This document shows positions 1 to 9,767 of a DNA stretch of 64,000 bases, in pieces. The stretch covers positions 17,049 to 81,048 of the forward strand of contig JBNPEG010000017.1 in NCBI GenBank assembly GCA_051117555.1, given 5' to 3'. Position 1 is the first letter of the stretch; each line of letters starts with the position of its first letter. Source of the DNA: Elainellaceae cyanobacterium. GTDB taxonomy: Bacteria > Cyanobacteriota > Cyanobacteriia > CAZCXK01. Under the pieces are notes generated by a model. The model was not told the origin of the DNA, made no database searches, and saw nothing but the letters and a program-made list of their open reading frames with translations. The position numbers and the translations under genes are program-made.

Positions 1-710
1 GATTCGGGTGGACTTGGCAATTCTAAACAGTAACCCGCACCGTAGACTGTCTTGATATAACGGGGATGACGAGGATCAGGCTCTAGCTTGGTTCTCAAAT
101 GTCTTACATGCACCCGAATCGTCTCAATATCATCATCAGGGTCATATCCCCAAACTTCTTTCAAAATTTCGCTCGGAGATACAGTTTGCCCGTGGCGTTG
201 GAGCAGGCAATGAATTAGCTCAAATTCTAAATGCGTTAATTTAACCGTTTTGTCAAACCAAATAGCTTCTAGGCGTTCTGGAACGAGTGTAAGAGGCCCA
301 TAGTTTAATATTTCGGTATGCTTAGCAGCTTGAGGAATGCGATCGGTGCGTCTCAATAGAGCTCGCACACGTGCTAGCATCTCTTCTACCTCAAACGGCT
401 TTGTTAAATAATCGTCAGCACCCGCATTAAAGCCTTCGACCTTATCCTGAGTTTGTCCAAGGGCAGTTAACATCAAAATCGGAATATCAGCCGTACGACT
501 GTCTCGACGCAGACGCTGGCACACCGTAAACCCATCAACCCGGGGCAACATGAGGTCGAGCATAACAAGATCTGGAATCAGCTGAAGCGCTAATGCCTGA
601 CCTTTGATGCCATCTGTTGCTTGGCTCACATCATAGCCAGCCATTTCTAAGTTTATGGCAACCAACTCTGAAATTGAGGGATCATCATCGATAACAAGTA
701 TCCGGGGCAT
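1..710 (-). CDS. rpaA: OmpR-family response regulator RpaA (3' end runs off the window)
   Basis: Manual translation, absent from ORF track: [28 protein letters not shown]...[19 protein letters not shown]...[48 protein letters not shown]; matches the RpaA signature as recalled. Alternative ATG at 713. Confidence 0.92.
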   Translation of the reverse strand, partial: MPRILVIDDDPSISELVAINLEMAGYDVSQATDGIKGQALALQLIPDLVMLDLMLPRVDGFTVCQRLRRDSRTADIPILMLTALGQTQDKVEGFNAGADDYLTKPFEVEEMLARVRALLRRTDRIPQAAKHTEILNYGPLTLVPERLEAIWFDKTVKLTHLEFELIHCLLQRHGQTVSPSEILKEVWGYDPDDDIETIRVHVRHLRTKLEPDPRHPRYIKTVYGAGYCLELPSPPE

Positions 711-1047
711 CATCCAATGGGTTTAACGACAAAAACCTTAAAAAATTCGAAAAATCTACTTTGAGGCAGAAGAATTACTGTACAGATTATAAGCATGAAT
801 CAGCGAGAGAAAAGACTCAGCCTTTCTGTATGAGAATATTCAGCGCATCACAATAGCAGAAATTGCAGGATTGACAAGAGATGCAGTGTATTATAAAGCA
901 TCACGAATTATTTAGAAAAATTACGTTATTTATAGCGATCTTAAATCGCTTGTGAGGATTTGGATATGTATTGGTTTAAGTATATTGTAAACAAATGTAC
1001 TTAAAGTCAGGTGCGATAAATCAGGTCAACGTACAGTCACCCAAACT

Positions 1048-1153
1048 TATAGCAATTTTCAATCACGCTAAGTACAGAATAAGTGCAGAAATGGTGGTGT
1101 GGGACGCGGCGCGCCAAACACCGCCGGGCTTAACTCAATCGCATACCGCTATA
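1048..1153. mobile_element. MITE-like element with TATAGC...GCTATA ends and GC hairpin core
   Basis: Inverted ends plus internal ggtgtgggacgcggcgcgccaaacacc; colinear with copy at 15528-15619 (shared tatagcaat, aagtacagaa, cgcggcgcgcc, cgcatac.gctata). Confidence 0.7.
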
Positions 1154-1186
1154 AATCTGGGGCAGCTAGGAGATTAGATCTGGCTG

Positions 1187-2245
1187 CTATACTTTGCGAT
1201 CGCACCAGTCTAGAATGCGATTCCATGCCCACCACGGATCGGGATCGTTTGCCTGCTTCTGCCCGTACCGGCTGCTGTAGTAACCCACATGTCCGCCACA
1301 CTGGGTAAGCACCAAATCGACTGCTGAATTATGCTGACAGGCTGTTTCCAAATCGGCGATAACGGCTGGATCAAACATCGGATCGTCAGCAGCATATATG
1401 ATCAACGTTGGTTTTCTGAGATGGGGAAGTAGGGGAAGAGGGCTAGATGCCTCGTAATATTCACTGACCGATGAGAAACCGAGGCGATCGATGACAAGTT
1501 CTCGATCAAATCCTCGAATGCTGGTTGTGCGAGCGATCGCATCTGGATCAAGCGTATTTGGATGGTCGTCAGAAATTCGCTGTGCTAATCGCTTCAGCTC
1601 TTTGGCGATCGCCTTTTCCAAATAACGCCCCAGCGGAGCATTCATTAAATAAGTCAGGGATCGATTGGAGTCTAAATTAGGACAGATAACGGCCCCTCCA
1701 CCAATCTCTGCTTCGGAAATATCTAGCCCTGATGACGGGGCGATCGCTTGGGATGCTTTGACGCCCCACAAGGCAAGTTGTCCTCCCAGAGAAAACCCCA
1801 TAAACCAAAAAGGGGAAGGGCAACCCGCTGCTTTGGCTTGAGCAGCAATATGGACAAAATCGTCCCCTTCACACAGCCCATCCGATGTCAGCGTGGGCGA
1901 CAGTTCTGCGGTTTTGCCGTGGGCTCGCCAGTCAAACAGTAACACGCTATAGCCTCTGGCAAACGCCTTGCGACCTAGCAATCGAAGAAACCACTGATTG
2001 TCGAGGGTGCCTGTAATTCCATAGGTTCCAACGATGGTTCCCCGGCTTGGAGAAGATGGATGAGATGTAGCCAGCCAGCCAAAGATGGGTACATTGCCTG
2101 CGCCTCTGAAGACTCTTGGTTGATAGGTCGGTTCGGGAGGCAAATTCGTCGTTTTTTCTAGGCGCTGGGCAACGAGCGCAATGAACAACGTCATCATCAG
2201 CCCATTTCGCAAATACCAAGGCGGAATGAAGGATGGATACTGCAT
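1187..2245 (-). CDS. YheT-family alpha/beta hydrolase
   Basis: GFSLGG nucleophile elbow, ADDP acid, GGHVGY histidine motif. Confidence 0.88.
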   Translation of the reverse strand: MQYPSFIPPWYLRNGLMMTLFIALVAQRLEKTTNLPPEPTYQPRVFRGAGNVPIFGWLATSHPSSPSRGTIVGTYGITGTLDNQWFLRLLGRKAFARGYSVLLFDWRAHGKTAELSPTLTSDGLCEGDDFVHIAAQAKAAGCPSPFWFMGFSLGGQLALWGVKASQAIAPSSGLDISEAEIGGGAVICPNLDSNRSLTYLMNAPLGRYLEKAIAKELKRLAQRISDDHPNTLDPDAIARTTSIRGFDRELVIDRLGFSSVSEYYEASSPLPLLPHLRKPTLIIYAADDPMFDPAVIADLETACQHNSAVDLVLTQCGGHVGYYSSRYGQKQANDPDPWWAWNRILDWCDRKV

Positions 2246-2356
2246 GGCAGTTAAGGATGAGCCTGTTGTCGTGAAGCTGAAGACTCAATGCTCATTGACA
2301 GTGGATAGATTCGAAATCTCTCCAAATGAGCTCCAATGATTGGTTCGACGATTTTA

Positions 2357-2821
2357 TTAGTCTTGACTAGTTTTTTGCCGCTCAGCCTGCGCATTCAGAG
2401 CATATTCCTTAAACCGCTTTAGATCTGCCTTAATGGTTGATTCTACAATTCGACCGAGGAATAAATTATCCATCAGCCTGCCTAATAACCCAGGAATTGC
2501 ATAGGATACGGTGAGCTTAACAACACTACTTTCATCCCGATCATAGAAGCGGATTGCTCCTCGATTTGGCAAACCGCTCACTGACTCCCATTGAATAATC
2601 TGACGAGGAACCACCCGCAAAATTTTGGACTGCCACGTAAATTCAAATCCACCGGACGCCAGCTTCCACTGGGAAAGTTCAGGATTGTCTTCCAATACGC
2701 GGACTGAATCAATCCATTTCATCCATCTCGGCATCTGTTCTAGATCCGACCAAAGACTCCACACGAAATCGACGGGGGTTTCGACTTCAATTTGGACGCT
2801 ATGCTCTAGCCAATCAGACAT
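2357..2821 (-). CDS. SRPBCC (polyketide cyclase/START-like) family protein
   Basis: MSDWLEHSVQIEVE...WSDLEQMPRWMKWI; usual neighbour of zds; start moved to ATG at 2821. Confidence 0.88.
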   Translation of the reverse strand: MSDWLEHSVQIEVETPVDFVWSLWSDLEQMPRWMKWIDSVRVLEDNPELSQWKLASGGFEFTWQSKILRVVPRQIIQWESVSGLPNRGAIRFYDRDESSVVKLTVSYAIPGLLGRLMDNLFLGRIVESTIKADLKRFKEYALNAQAERQKTSQD

Positions 2822-2969
2822 GAATCTTGAAGATATAGTGAGGAACTTAGGGGAATACAGGGAGAATACACGAAAAGAGGGATTAAGCGGAATGGGATTC
2901 AATGCAGTTCGCTAAAGCATCCCCGTAATTTGTTGCCGATGTCAACCCCTTTTAAGAGCGGATTAAGAA

Positions 2970-4415
2970 TCAGTGCTTGGCTGTAAACTCCTCCAAAATT
3001 GCGGTTGCGGCGCGTCGCCCGGAAATTGTCGCGCCTTCCATGCTGTCGATATAGTCTTGCTGAGTATAGCTACCAGCCAGGAAAAAGTTTGGAATCGGCG
3101 TTTTTTGATTAGGACGGTATGGGTCCATGCCGGGGGCTTCTCGGTAAAGTGACTGGGCAAGTTTGACCACGCTATACCACGTCATAGTGAGGTCACGAGA
3201 TGACGGAAACAAATCATGAACTTGTTTAAGAACATGTTGGGCGATCGCCTCATTATTTTGTTTGATAAAGGGATCACCCGGCGTCAAAACAGCTTGCAGA
3301 AGCGATCCTTGCCCATCTCGGTAATAGTCTCCTGGGCTTGCTAGTGCCAAATCTGCAAAGCATGAAAAGTCTGCATCCGGAGTATAGAGCAGATTATCGA
3401 GCCCTGTAGCGTGGTTCAGTTGCCGACGCTCTGAGTCGTTGTGCAACTCGGTGACCCAGCCGTCAAACCGGAGCTGAACCGTCGCTACGGGGACGGTCTC
3501 TAACTTATAGATGTTGTCAAACTCACTCCACTGTCGCCATTCTTGCGGAAGTAATCGATGAACCCCTGGCACATCGCAGGCGCAGACATAGGCATCTGCC
3601 GCAATGGTTTCGCGGTGGTCACCATTCGCCACGATCAGGCCAGTAATGCAAGTCTGATCGTCTTGCTTATCAAACAAAATTTGCCGAACCTGGTGACGGG
3701 TATAAATTTTGACCCCCTTAGTATCGAGATAATCTAAGATGGGCTGATGCAGATAGGTATGAGGTGAACCTTCTAGCATTCGCAAAATCGAGGCTTCGGT
3801 TTTTGCAGCAAAGAACTGAAAAATGGTAAGCATGCACCGAGCCGAGATATTTTCAGTGTCGATGAAGCCTAATGCGTAAGCGATCGGGTTCCACATGCGC
3901 TTGAGACTGCCCTCCGAACCGCCCTGCTTGCGAAACCAATCCGCGAAGCTGATGTAATCTAAACTGCGGATGGTTTTCATCGCCCCATCAAAATCGACGA
4001 GCCCTCGAACTAAGGGGCTTGTCCCCAGTGCGATCGCATTCTGAGCTTTATCTTGGAGCGATAGCTGCGATGTTGTAAAAAATGCCTTTAATCCATTAAA
4101 CGGAGCCCCGGTTAAAAACCGAAAGTCGAGTTCTCCGGTCTGTCCGCCCCGATTGACGAAGGTATGGACATGCTCTTTGAGGCGCAGATTATCGATCGCC
4201 CCGACTTTTTGCATCAAATCGAACAGGTTGTAATAGCATCCAAAGAAAACGTGCAACCCCATTTCAATATGGTTACCGTCTGCATCGACCCAGCTTCCGA
4301 CTTTTCCACCCACGAACGGACGAGATTCGAAGATTTCGATTTCGTGGCCTGCGTCAGCTAGTTCTACGGCGGTGGATAAGCCCGCTAATCCTGCTCCAAC
4401 GATTGCAACCCGCAT
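2970..4415 (-). CDS. zds: 9,9'-di-cis-zeta-carotene desaturase
   Basis: GAGLAGL FAD motif, [14 protein letters not shown]-terminal [16 protein letters not shown] (crtQ/zds signature). Confidence 0.95.
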   Translation of the reverse strand: MRVAIVGAGLAGLSTAVELADAGHEIEIFESRPFVGGKVGSWVDADGNHIEMGLHVFFGCYYNLFDLMQKVGAIDNLRLKEHVHTFVNRGGQTGELDFRFLTGAPFNGLKAFFTTSQLSLQDKAQNAIALGTSPLVRGLVDFDGAMKTIRSLDYISFADWFRKQGGSEGSLKRMWNPIAYALGFIDTENISARCMLTIFQFFAAKTEASILRMLEGSPHTYLHQPILDYLDTKGVKIYTRHQVRQILFDKQDDQTCITGLIVANGDHRETIAADAYVCACDVPGVHRLLPQEWRQWSEFDNIYKLETVPVATVQLRFDGWVTELHNDSERRQLNHATGLDNLLYTPDADFSCFADLALASPGDYYRDGQGSLLQAVLTPGDPFIKQNNEAIAQHVLKQVHDLFPSSRDLTMTWYSVVKLAQSLYREAPGMDPYRPNQKTPIPNFFLAGSYTQQDYIDSMEGATISGRRAATAILEEFTAKH

Positions 4416-4529
4416 TCTGGCTCTATACCTCTAAGTTTCTTCACATATTGTAATAGGAAGCGGACTCACTTATCCGTCCTATGAGGTCCTATGAGAGGTT
4501 ACAGCACGGGGGCAGGATTGCCGTCCTGC

Positions 4530-6542
4530 TTACTGCACAGTAGCTCGACGATTTGATAGCTTCCGCCGAGTTCTGCTAGAGGATTGAGCCGTTGAGTGAG
4601 CCCCATTTTCTGACCCATCATGGACGACGGGTACGGTGAAATGAAACCGGCTCCCATGCTCACGCCCTTCTGATTCTGCCCAGATTTGTCCGCCTAGCCC
4701 ATGGATAACTTGACGGCAGATGGCAAGTCCAAGTCCGGTTCCGCCCGTTGTGCGACGGAGAGCGCCTTCTTCTTGATAGAAGCGGTCAAAGACAGTTTCG
4801 AGACGATTGGGCTCAATGCCTCGCCCGGTGTCTGTAATCGTCACCTCCAACATGTTTTCATCCGTTGGACGCGCTTCAACGGTGACTCGTCCTTCCGGAT
4901 CTGTAAATTTGCAGGCATTATCGAGCAATTTTGAGAGAACTTCAACCAGCCATTCACCATCGGCTCTGACAAGGGGCAATTTGTTAGGAATATCCGTCGT
5001 AATTTCAGGCAACTGGCTATCTCGGCGGTGAGCGCGAATGCTGCTTAAGGTCAAATCGATACATTCATGGAGGGACAGAGATTCTAGGTGCCACTCAACT
5101 CGACCACTTTCGAGCTGAGATAGAGTCAGAAAGTCTTGGACGAGTTTACGCAGACGTTCCGCATCGCCTAGTGCGGTTGTTAACATGACCTGTCGCAATT
5201 CGAGAGGCATATCTGGCTCGCTGGCGAGGCTCTCTAAGCAAACTTGAATAGTAGATAGAGGCGTTCTCAGCTCGTGCCCTGTGATGGCGATCAGGTTGCT
5301 ACGAGTCAGTTCTAGGGCTTCAAGCTGTTGATTGAGGTCTTCTAAGTTCGCATAAGATTCGGCCTGAATCAGTGCGATCGCCAACTGAGCTGTGATTGCC
5401 TCTACCATCGATAAATCATCTTGTGTCCAGTGCTTCGGGCTCTCTTGACACCCATGCAGCTCTACGATGCCCATCAGGCGACCTTGATAAATGATCGGCG
5501 CAATCAACCATGAGCGGATTTGCCAGCGCTTAATTCGAGATTGAATGGACGCAAGATCCAACGGTTCGTGACTCTGAGTGTCTTCGATGGCGATCGCCTC
5601 TTGCTGCTGAACCACCGCTTGAAAAAGCGGATTATCTTGAAGCGGCCAATCATGTCCCATCAAAGAGCGCAGGGTAGGACTAGAGAGAAACTCAAAGTGA
5701 ATCTGAGCAGACTCATCCGTCGAGTTGCAGCGATAAATAAAGCATCGGCAAACCTGCATCGCCTCTCCAAGTTCTCGCACCGCAACCGTGAAAATTTCTT
5801 CTGGATCGAGCGATCGCCGGATTGCTGATGTAATCAGGTTAACAAGGCGTTCCCGTCGCTCTTGAGCCGCCATTGAGCGATATGCTTTGAGCAACTTATA
5901 TTGCCCCGCCTGTAAGTAGGTGACCAATCGTTGCGCAAACGGGTCTGGATCAACATCTCGCAACCCAGACGGCAGATCTTGCAAAAATGCCACCTTGGCC
6001 TCTTCAATCTTGGATTTCAATTCGGGGCGATAGACAAGAATACGGTCAAGAAGAATATGAGCCGCTTGACGACTTACGTGGCGATCAAACGTCCAGATTC
6101 CTTCAAACCGTCGAGTCTGATCCATTGCAGAGACATCATTCGGAGCATTAGAAGGCTGATTTTCGGGGCGTTCTCGACACACTAAACACGTTGAGTATTG
6201 AGCCCCAATCACAACTAAATGCCATTCTTGGCTTAGCTGATCGTCAGAATTAAATGCTACCGTTTCGTAGTGATCTGAGCGATTAGTAAAGCTGGTTTCG
6301 GGTGCAGCAAGCACATATACCTGAGGAGTCAATTCTGAAATGCGCAGATATCGGTGAGCTTCTTGACGATAAAATCGCTCTCGCTGAAAATTAGCAATTA
6401 CCAATGGCGAATCAGCGACTGCCAAAACCTGATCTTCCATCGCATGAGAGAGTGCAGTCAGCGATGACTTGAAATAAATCTGAGAGCGTAAGCGGGGCAA
6501 CTTTCGCAATAGCTCTTCCAGCACGGAAGTGGAGATGCTCAT
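4530..6542 (-). CDS. DICT-GAF sensor histidine kinase
   Basis: N-terminal DICT-like (YFKSSLTALSHAMED, ANFQRERFY, EWHLVV), GAF, H-box GHELRTPL, N/G boxes (LLDNACKF, DTGRGI, GGTGLGL). Start MSISTS at 6542 preferred over 6557. Confidence 0.9.
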   Translation of the reverse strand: MSISTSVLEELLRKLPRLRSQIYFKSSLTALSHAMEDQVLAVADSPLVIANFQRERFYRQEAHRYLRISELTPQVYVLAAPETSFTNRSDHYETVAFNSDDQLSQEWHLVVIGAQYSTCLVCRERPENQPSNAPNDVSAMDQTRRFEGIWTFDRHVSRQAAHILLDRILVYRPELKSKIEEAKVAFLQDLPSGLRDVDPDPFAQRLVTYLQAGQYKLLKAYRSMAAQERRERLVNLITSAIRRSLDPEEIFTVAVRELGEAMQVCRCFIYRCNSTDESAQIHFEFLSSPTLRSLMGHDWPLQDNPLFQAVVQQQEAIAIEDTQSHEPLDLASIQSRIKRWQIRSWLIAPIIYQGRLMGIVELHGCQESPKHWTQDDLSMVEAITAQLAIALIQAESYANLEDLNQQLEALELTRSNLIAITGHELRTPLSTIQVCLESLASEPDMPLELRQVMLTTALGDAERLRKLVQDFLTLSQLESGRVEWHLESLSLHECIDLTLSSIRAHRRDSQLPEITTDIPNKLPLVRADGEWLVEVLSKLLDNACKFTDPEGRVTVEARPTDENMLEVTITDTGRGIEPNRLETVFDRFYQEEGALRRTTGGTGLGLAICRQVIHGLGGQIWAESEGREHGSRFHFTVPVVHDGSENGAHSTAQSSSRTRRKLSNRRATVQ

Positions 6543-6929
6543 CGATATCTCTATCAATCAATGCAGTCTGGGCAAAATCCCTACCATAGGACTGGATAAG
6601 CACCCATGCTCAGCCCAAATTCTCCGCAGCGAAGTTTGGACATTGAGGGGGGCGATATTGAAAACCAGACAGGAGCGCGTGGTCGCAGGCAAATGACTCC
6701 CTTAAACCACTATATACGCTCTGGCATCTAGACAATCAAAAGTTCAAGCGCTTACGTCGTTGAACACCATCTTTGGCAGGACCTATTACATCAGCGAAGC
6801 ACATTGCATCTCTTAAATTGCCGAGTGTTACAAAACTGAAATCCGTTTGAGGTTAAGTAATATTCAGTTTTTGGGTGCTTCTATCCCCTCGCCCCAATTT
6901 CTTCCAGGTCTTTGCTGTAAAGTGACAGT

Positions 6930-7694
6930 ATGTATGACGATGACGACTTAACCGTATTAGACGATCCGGGCGAGCTAGAAAGTCCGCTCGATCGGCTTGG
7001 ATCTGTTGACGATGAGGCTGAGGTAGTCAAGCCTGATCCCAACGAAATGCTGGCATTGCTGAGTTCGCCTGAAAATCAGCAGCGGATGTTGGCAGCTCGT
7101 GCCTTCTGCGAGATTGAGGATGCAAGAGCGATTCCAAAGTTGATTGAGTTGCTCACCGATGCATGTCCTCTGATTCGAGTCAGTGTTGCGTACGGGTTGG
7201 GTCGTAATCCTAGTTCTGAAGCGGTTGAGCCTCTGATTGCGCAACTCGACGCCGATTGGAATGGGTATGTCCGCAAGGGAATCGTTTGGGCGCTGGGCAA
7301 TTGTCGCGATCGCCGCTCGTTAGACCCGTTGACGGATGCTCTGAGAACAGATATCCCCGCTGTGCGGTTGTGGGCTGCTAGTTCATTAGCTCAAATGGCG
7401 AGCATTGACTATGCGGCAATTGTTGCAGCGATGCCATCCCTTATTGAAGCGTTACGACGAGATCCGGTCGCAGCTGTGCGCAGCAACTGCGCTTGGACAG
7501 TGGGCCAACTTTGCCAAGATTTGCCGTCTAATGTGATTTATGCCACTGCAATTGATGCCCTCATTGAGGCATTCGCGGAAGATAAAGAAATGGGAGTCCG
7601 CGATGATGCGAAAGCTGCCGTCCTTAAGTTAGGTGACCCGCGTGGTTTACAGATCATTGAAGACATTGAACAAGACGGTCTCAATCTAATCTAA
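6930..7694 (+). CDS. HEAT-repeat (PBS lyase/NblB-like) protein
   Basis: Tandem HEAT repeats (IRVSVAYGLG, YVRKGIVWALG, VRLWAASSL, VRSNCAWTVG) after an acidic N-terminus. Confidence 0.85.
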   Translation: MYDDDDLTVLDDPGELESPLDRLGSVDDEAEVVKPDPNEMLALLSSPENQQRMLAARAFCEIEDARAIPKLIELLTDACPLIRVSVAYGLGRNPSSEAVEPLIAQLDADWNGYVRKGIVWALGNCRDRRSLDPLTDALRTDIPAVRLWAASSLAQMASIDYAAIVAAMPSLIEALRRDPVAAVRSNCAWTVGQLCQDLPSNVIYATAIDALIEAFAEDKEMGVRDDAKAAVLKLGDPRGLQIIEDIEQDGLNLI

Positions 7695-7919
7695 GCCCCC
7701 TCTCCAAAAGAAAAGCGCTGCACAGATTCAAGGAATAGGCTTACACAATCTTGAGCTAATAGCTAACCGATTGCTTCAGGATGGGAATTAAGGTGCTTCC
7801 TGAGTAAGCCAGTTCTTTGCAGTGCAACGCTTGAACTGGAAGGGAACTTATAGAGTTGCCATAGTATCGATCATACCCTCATCATTCATAGATAAAAATC
7901 ACTAATTTGAATCTTTTGT

Positions 7920-7935
7920 ATAGGCATAAGTCTAT
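7920..7935. promoter_or_regulatory. LysR-type site ATAG-N8-CTAT (distal)
   Basis: ATAGgcataagtCTAT; fits the NdhR/CcmR consensus. Confidence 0.65.
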
Positions 7936-8108
7936 AGAATTGCCCATCCCATGCCTCCCCGTCTTTACCTGAAATCCTGAGTGGATGGATGTTTTAGACC
8001 TACACAAACAGGCAGTAATTCGGTCAGCCGAACCTCTCCCTCTCGCACTAATTGCCTAAAGGACAATCATGAATTTATAGATTTAAAGCATTAATAACTC
8101 CGTTTGGG

Positions 8109-8124
8109 ATAGAATTACGTCTAT
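8109..8124. promoter_or_regulatory. LysR-type site ATAG-N8-CTAT (proximal, probable autoregulation)
   Basis: ATAGaattacgtCTAT about 35 bp upstream of the LysR start. Confidence 0.7.
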
Positions 8125-8156
8125 AGATGTGATCCAAACTTGTATTTGTAGGAGAG

Positions 8157-9104
8157 TTGCAGTTGATTCACGCTACCCTACATCAGTTCAAAGTATTTGA
8201 AGCAACCGCCCGTCATGGCAGTTTTACCAGAGCAGCAGAAGAGTTGTTCTTAACGCAACCGACTGTATCCATGCAAGTCAAACAATTGACTAAGGCATTG
8301 GGGTTACCGCTGTTTGAACAGGTTGGAAAGCGTTTATATCTGACGGATGCGGGTCGAGAGTTGTATTCGACCTGTCAGGAAATTTTCGAGCAGCTCGATC
8401 AGCTCGAGATGAAAGTTGCCGACCTTAAAGGAATGAAGCAGGGTCGACTTCGGTTGGCGGTGATTACAACAGCAAAGTATTTTATTCCGCGCTTGCTTGG
8501 GCCATTTTGTCAGCGTTATCCCGGAATTGATGTCTCATTAATCGTCACAAATCACGAACAGGCGATCGACCGCCTAACCAACAATCAGGATGACATCTAT
8601 GTTATGAGTCAGATTCCTGAACATCTTGATGTTAAGGCTCATCCATTTTTGGATAATCCACTCGTCGTCTTGGCTCCGAAAGATCATCCTCTTGCTCACG
8701 AAAAGAATATCTCCCTCGATCGCCTTGCTAAGGAGCCCTTTATCATGCGCGAATCGGGCTCGGGAACCCGTCGAGCTGTGCAAAAATTATTTGATGCGAA
8801 TGATATTGAGGTCAAAGTTCGCTTAGAACTTGGCAGCAATGAGGCCATCAAGCAAGCGATCGCCGGAGGGTTGGGATTATCAATCTTGTCATGCCACACG
8901 CTCACTCCGGATGGACACGGTGGGGAACTTACCATCCTAGATGTTCAGGGGTTTCCGATTCAGCGGCAGTGGTATGTGGTTCACCTAGGTGGAAAGCAGC
9001 TTTCGGTCGTCGGCAGCACATTCCTCGACTATCTCAAGTCGGAGGCAACCCAACTCGCTCATGGAATTATGTCGCTGCAAAAGCAGTTGCTTGCCAAAGT
9101 GTAG
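8157..9104 (+). CDS. CbbR-subfamily LysR regulator (NdhR/CcmR- or CmpR-like)
   Basis: HATLHQFKVFEATARHGSFTRAAEELFLTQPTVSMQ HTH; RLAVITTAKYFIPRLLG; ELGSNEAIKQA. TTG start, possibly 8163 given AGGAG at 8150-8154. Confidence 0.9.
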   Translation: MQLIHATLHQFKVFEATARHGSFTRAAEELFLTQPTVSMQVKQLTKALGLPLFEQVGKRLYLTDAGRELYSTCQEIFEQLDQLEMKVADLKGMKQGRLRLAVITTAKYFIPRLLGPFCQRYPGIDVSLIVTNHEQAIDRLTNNQDDIYVMSQIPEHLDVKAHPFLDNPLVVLAPKDHPLAHEKNISLDRLAKEPFIMRESGSGTRRAVQKLFDANDIEVKVRLELGSNEAIKQAIAGGLGLSILSCHTLTPDGHGGELTILDVQGFPIQRQWYVVHLGGKQLSVVGSTFLDYLKSEATQLAHGIMSLQKQLLAKV

Positions 9105-9289
9105 AGAAGGCTCAACGTTATCAAGACTTAAAAAATTAAGACTTAAAGGCGATCGCCATCCGTGCCAGTTGGGCAGAGGGGCGATCGCCACGTAGTTGCT
9201 GCATTTCTTTATTTTTCAAACTTGAACTCAGCAGGTCAAGGCAATACTGACTGAATCCAGTTACTTGCAGAGCAAGACTAGGCAAGCGA

Positions 9290-9541
9290 CTAAACGTCGT
9301 AAACCCGGCATTCAGATGCATCTGGATTGTCATCACAATATTGCTCAAAATTGCTCTTGGGGCTCTTTTGACGGCGGTGAGAAATTTCTGCTTGCATTTC
9401 TTCTACCGTGTCCCATGCAGTTGCACATTCGGGTGACTGATCACCTTGGCTGCTGCACACACTGCGGGCTTGCTCGACAGCCTCTTGAAGCTGTTGCTCC
9501 ATCTGCTCGAGGGTCATCGTTTTAGATGGGAATGTAGCCAT
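9290..9541 (-). CDS. cp12: Calvin cycle protein CP12 (both Cys pairs present)
   Basis: CSSQGDQSPEC, AWDTVEEM core, YCDDNPDASECRVYD. Confidence 0.95.
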   Translation of the reverse strand: MATFPSKTMTLEQMEQQLQEAVEQARSVCSSQGDQSPECATAWDTVEEMQAEISHRRQKSPKSNFEQYCDDNPDASECRVYDV

Positions 9542-9767
9542 ATGCTCTTTATCTCCTTACTACAATTATTGACAATAGCTAAGTTAGAAATTCAGCCTTT
9601 AGATAGACCTATCACCGTTTAACTTAGGAATGCTGGGCATTTGACTCTACCTTAGATCGGTTTAGCAGGTGATTGTAGTGTGGAAAACCCACAGAGGCAC
9701 GACATAATACAAGTGGCGCGCTTAGAAGATTCTGGCCGTCAGTGATCCCGGCTTCATTTAAGAAAGT

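Noticed and set aside
9149-9188. 24-bp segment flanked by two HIP1 sites as a HIP1-mediated insertion
   Set aside because: Single instance and HIP1 is dense enough for chance pairs.
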